NCBI GenBank assembly: GCA_964418565.1
Contig: CAYQMB010000004.1
Location: forward strand, 1-60,583
DNA length: 60,583 bases
Reading direction: 5' to 3'
DNA from: an uncultured Bacteroidales bacterium
Lineage (GTDB): Bacteria > Bacteroidota > Bacteroidia > Bacteroidales > ML635J-15
Shown: positions 59,001 through 60,583 of the stretch, in pieces
How positions within the stretch are numbered: position 1 is the stretch's first letter
How the letters are laid out: each line of letters starts with the position of its first letter
Notes under the pieces: generated by a model
Databases searched by the model: none
What the model was told of the DNA's origin: nothing
The model's input: the letters and a program-made list of their open reading frames with translations, nothing else
Translations under genes and position numbers: made by a program

Positions 59001-60403
59001 GTTTTGTTTTCTTCCTGTATGTCTTCGCCACCTTCACTGGAAAAATCATAAGCATCTAAAAATTTAAACAGGTATTCCAGTGTGTTGATTCCTTCTTTTC
59101 TCCGTTTTCCCGTTTTGTCTTTCAGCACTGTTGTGGGTAATACAGGTAGATTAAACTCATCCTCAAGGTTGCTGATGCGTATGGTTTTATGTTCTAATTC
59201 GTTGGGTTCAAACAGTGAACTGTTGAGGTAGGGTATGTTGCCGAATTGACGTTTTACAATATCATTGCGTTCACTTTCTTTGATTGCCAAAACCTGAAAA
59301 AAAAGCTTGTTTAAGGCATCAAAATCCGGAATCCGTTCACTGTTCAGAAATTTGTAGTTATTATCACCAGCATGATATTTTATCAATTGCCCTTCCAGTA
59401 GCTTTAAAAATAAAATCCGGTTTATCCATGTAATTACCAGCTCCAGGGCAACACTGTAAATTTGTTCTTCTTTTGTGTTTCCATAATCATTGGATTTTAT
59501 TTGTGTCAGGCAGTCATCATATGTTAAAATCCGAATGGTATTTTCAATCAGAGAGCCTTCATTTCTTTTGTTTTCAGCTTTACGACCAATTAGTTTTTTG
59601 CTGCCTTTTTGGGATTCCTGCAATCCTATAATGTGCAATAACTCGGAATAAAATCCTTTGTCAAGACTATTGCTGTCGTTAGCAAAGGGAAGTTTTAACA
59701 TATTCTCTGGTGAGAAAAGTTTAAACAATGCTACCAGTTTTTTATCGTCCTGTTTGTTATTGTTGTTGATGATCTTTTCAAAATCACGTAGGTCAAGGTG
59801 AGTGACCGGTATCTTGTGGTCAAGCTCTTTTAAAAATGGTTTTGCTATATTTTTGTAGAAAAAGTTGGTTGTTGTTCCGGCCAGGCGCCCTTCTTCGAAA
59901 TCATTAAACTGTTTTACAAGTCTTTTGTTTTCGGCAAATAGTTTGTCAAATACCGTGGCATCAAAAATAAACCACTCATATATATTTGTGACAATCAGAT
60001 GTTTGACTTCGATGTTGTTGCCTGAAATTCTTTCACGCAAATAATACAACAACAATTCGTGCAGGGCTTTTGCATTCAGATTGTTTGTGTCCGGCATTTC
60101 TGATTTGTTTGCCGGGTTTTTTGTTTCAATCAGCACCCCAACTGAGGTGGATGCATCTTTTCCGTTGTGGATAACCAAATCGGTTCTGCCTTTGGTGTTT
60201 ATGTAATAATTGGGTGAATAATATGTATCACTCAAAAATTTACTGATGATATTTTTGTGGTGTTCTTCTGATTCCGATTCGTTTATCTGCTGGTATAAAT
60301 TGAGGATGTTTTTCTTGAAACGCTCAATTTGATTCCGGTTGGGCTTTACTCTTAAAAATGCTTTGTTGATGGATTTGCGTATAGTTAACTGGGCTGGTTT
60401 CAT
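56081..60403 (-). CDS. Type IIG restriction-modification enzyme (fused REase-MTase-TRD, Eco57I/Cj0031-like) carrying an in-frame DUF559 insertion
   Basis: PD-(D/E)xK motif GRTD...IETK; IPYLNSSLFE; LGLIFEKINGYKEGSFFTP; motif I DPAVGSGHFL; GVDIN; motif IV GNPPW; C-terminal EIDRLVYELYGLT. Confidence 0.9.
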   Translation of the reverse strand: MKPAQLTIRKSINKAFLRVKPNRNQIERFKKNILNLYQQINESESEEHHKNIISKFLSDTYYSPNYYINTKGRTDLVIHNGKDASTSVGVLIETKNPANKSEMPDTNNLNAKALHELLLYYLRERISGNNIEVKHLIVTNIYEWFIFDATVFDKLFAENKRLVKQFNDFEEGRLAGTTTNFFYKNIAKPFLKELDHKIPVTHLDLRDFEKIINNNNKQDDKKLVALFKLFSPENMLKLPFANDSNSLDKGFYSELLHIIGLQESQKGSKKLIGRKAENKRNEGSLIENTIRILTYDDCLTQIKSNDYGNTKEEQIYSVALELVITWINRILFLKLLEGQLIKYHAGDNNYKFLNSERIPDFDALNKLFFQVLAIKESERNDIVKRQFGNIPYLNSSLFEPNELEHKTIRISNLEDEFNLPVLPTTVLKDKTGKRRKEGINTLEYLFKFLDAYDFSSEGGEDIQEENKTLINASVLGLIFEKINGYKEGSFFTPGFITMYMAKETIRRAVVQKFNETKGWNCKSIDDIYNKLEVSDRAEANAIINNIKICDPAVGSGHFLVSALNEIIAVKNDLKILSDRKGKRLKEYQAEVVNDELVVTDEDGEPFEYKPNNRESQRVQETLFHEKQTIIENCLFGVDINPNSVKICRLRLWIELLKNAYYKSSSPHKGEVSEGRRGYEKLNNLPYLKTFRKNLRKNMTPAEATLWKTLQGKKFEGRKFRRQHSIGNYIVDFYCPSEKLAIELDGEVHNTPEAKEYDRERDLFLKYFGVTVLRFENRMVFENQETVLEIIKGEFGKKPPRPSDTPPLEGGEPQGEGTTDNYPDQGGEPQGEGTADKQYLDKGEPHERITANTNYLNSGKTRELETLPNIDINIKCGNSLISRYPLDADIKKALKNSKWNIDTYRNYIANYRKAKNKEQKREMQRVIDQIKDEFESEIAANDKRVIKRNKLKGEMFAMHNQTQLFDKSKKEKTEWNKKLDKLATSIQKLEKEIEAIRTNKIYKNAFEWRFEFPEVLNDDGDFVGFDVVIGNPPWGVKLSQDKLIKIKSENSEIIVRMIDTFMFFINLSFKITSNNAIISQIVPDVLLYQIDNKKLRKKIIEEYHLCVAVNLGDNIFEDVARPSCIIVIAKDKYFNSITNVFEYRKKTKLSINQITNTIIKSNIFKTLPNYVFATKNLNGYKIISRFNEANLNELIDEDGIQRGVSPDLKQAFIVDNQTIKNENLELAHVFPTVTGGRDIKKYLVHDIDKNVIYTRKTHDESKIPNIINYLERFKNSINCREVKQGKHPFWSLHRARSQKIFTKPSKILGVITSDRISVSIDYNKLYPTDGIFILSSNGIYSNEFLIGFLNSKLITYFYRLISMEEKRTLAQIKPAILEIIPVSKSFNRELVLEIDDKSNKIINLKKNNTDTTALEQEIDRLVYELYGLTDDEIDIVEASVK
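57857..57981. repeat. 48-bp-period tandem repeats (two identical 29-mers plus a degenerate third copy)
   Basis: AGTTCCTTCCCCCTGAGGCTCCCCTCCTT at 57905-57933 and 57953-57981; degenerate copy from about 57857. Encodes GGEPQGEGT twice and KGEPHER. Confidence 0.85.
57970..58416 (-). mobile_element. Candidate in-frame mobile cassette: 43-bp TIR - DUF559 endonuclease - 43-bp TIR (447 bp)
   Basis: TIRs at 57970-58012 and 58374-58416 (34/43 identical in inverted orientation). Enclosed RKNMTPAEATLW...FRRQHSIGNYIVDFYC...IELDGEVH...RERD...LRFEN is a DUF559 signature. 447 bp = 149 codons. Confidence 0.7.
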
Positions 60404-60583
60404 AAGGTTTAATATGAATTTTAAAATTTAAAAGTACAAAAAAGCGGTTAGAAAACGTATTGTATAGTGAAAACTTTTACATCTTATCAATGCAGATTTC
60501 GTATGACTATGTTAGAGTCAGGTTTAGTACAATTGCATGTAAATGCTTACCCCTCATACCGCCCCCGCACAGCCAGTTTTTCC

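Overview
Chromosomal window from an anaerobic Bacteroidota, probably Bacteroidales-like. This is inferred from TAnnTTTG -7 promoter elements, three T9SS C-terminal-domain proteins and an [FeFe]-hydrogenase. Most of the window is housekeeping or metabolic: tnaA, pdxK-HAD, a trimeric NADH-linked [FeFe]-hydrogenase, pabABC, mnmA, ALDH7, rarA, trehalose synthase/phosphatase plus GH15, lgt, a YqhD-like ADH, three FKBPs, nrnA, dciA, NlpC/P60, 7TM-HD and a TonB-dependent receptor. It also carries a 3511-aa T9SS lysyl-endopeptidase-like protease on a repeat stalk and a Type IIG restriction-modification gene. Best candidate for an undescribed system: inside the RM gene, a DUF559 endonuclease is inserted in frame as a 447-bp cassette bounded by 43-bp inverted repeats whose internal hairpins show compensatory base changes, next to 48-bp tandem copies of one end plus flank. 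This looks like a small palindrome-flanked mobile element that inserts into proteins without inactivating them. Other leads are a GC-rich structured non-coding region followed by a perfect 28-bp palindrome upstream of pdxK, a Trp-free uORF in front of tnaA, and non-bifurcating signatures plus a Rex-like operator on the hydrogenase. No searches or folding programs were run; family calls rest on motif recognition, and all start-codon refinements and promoters are inferences.
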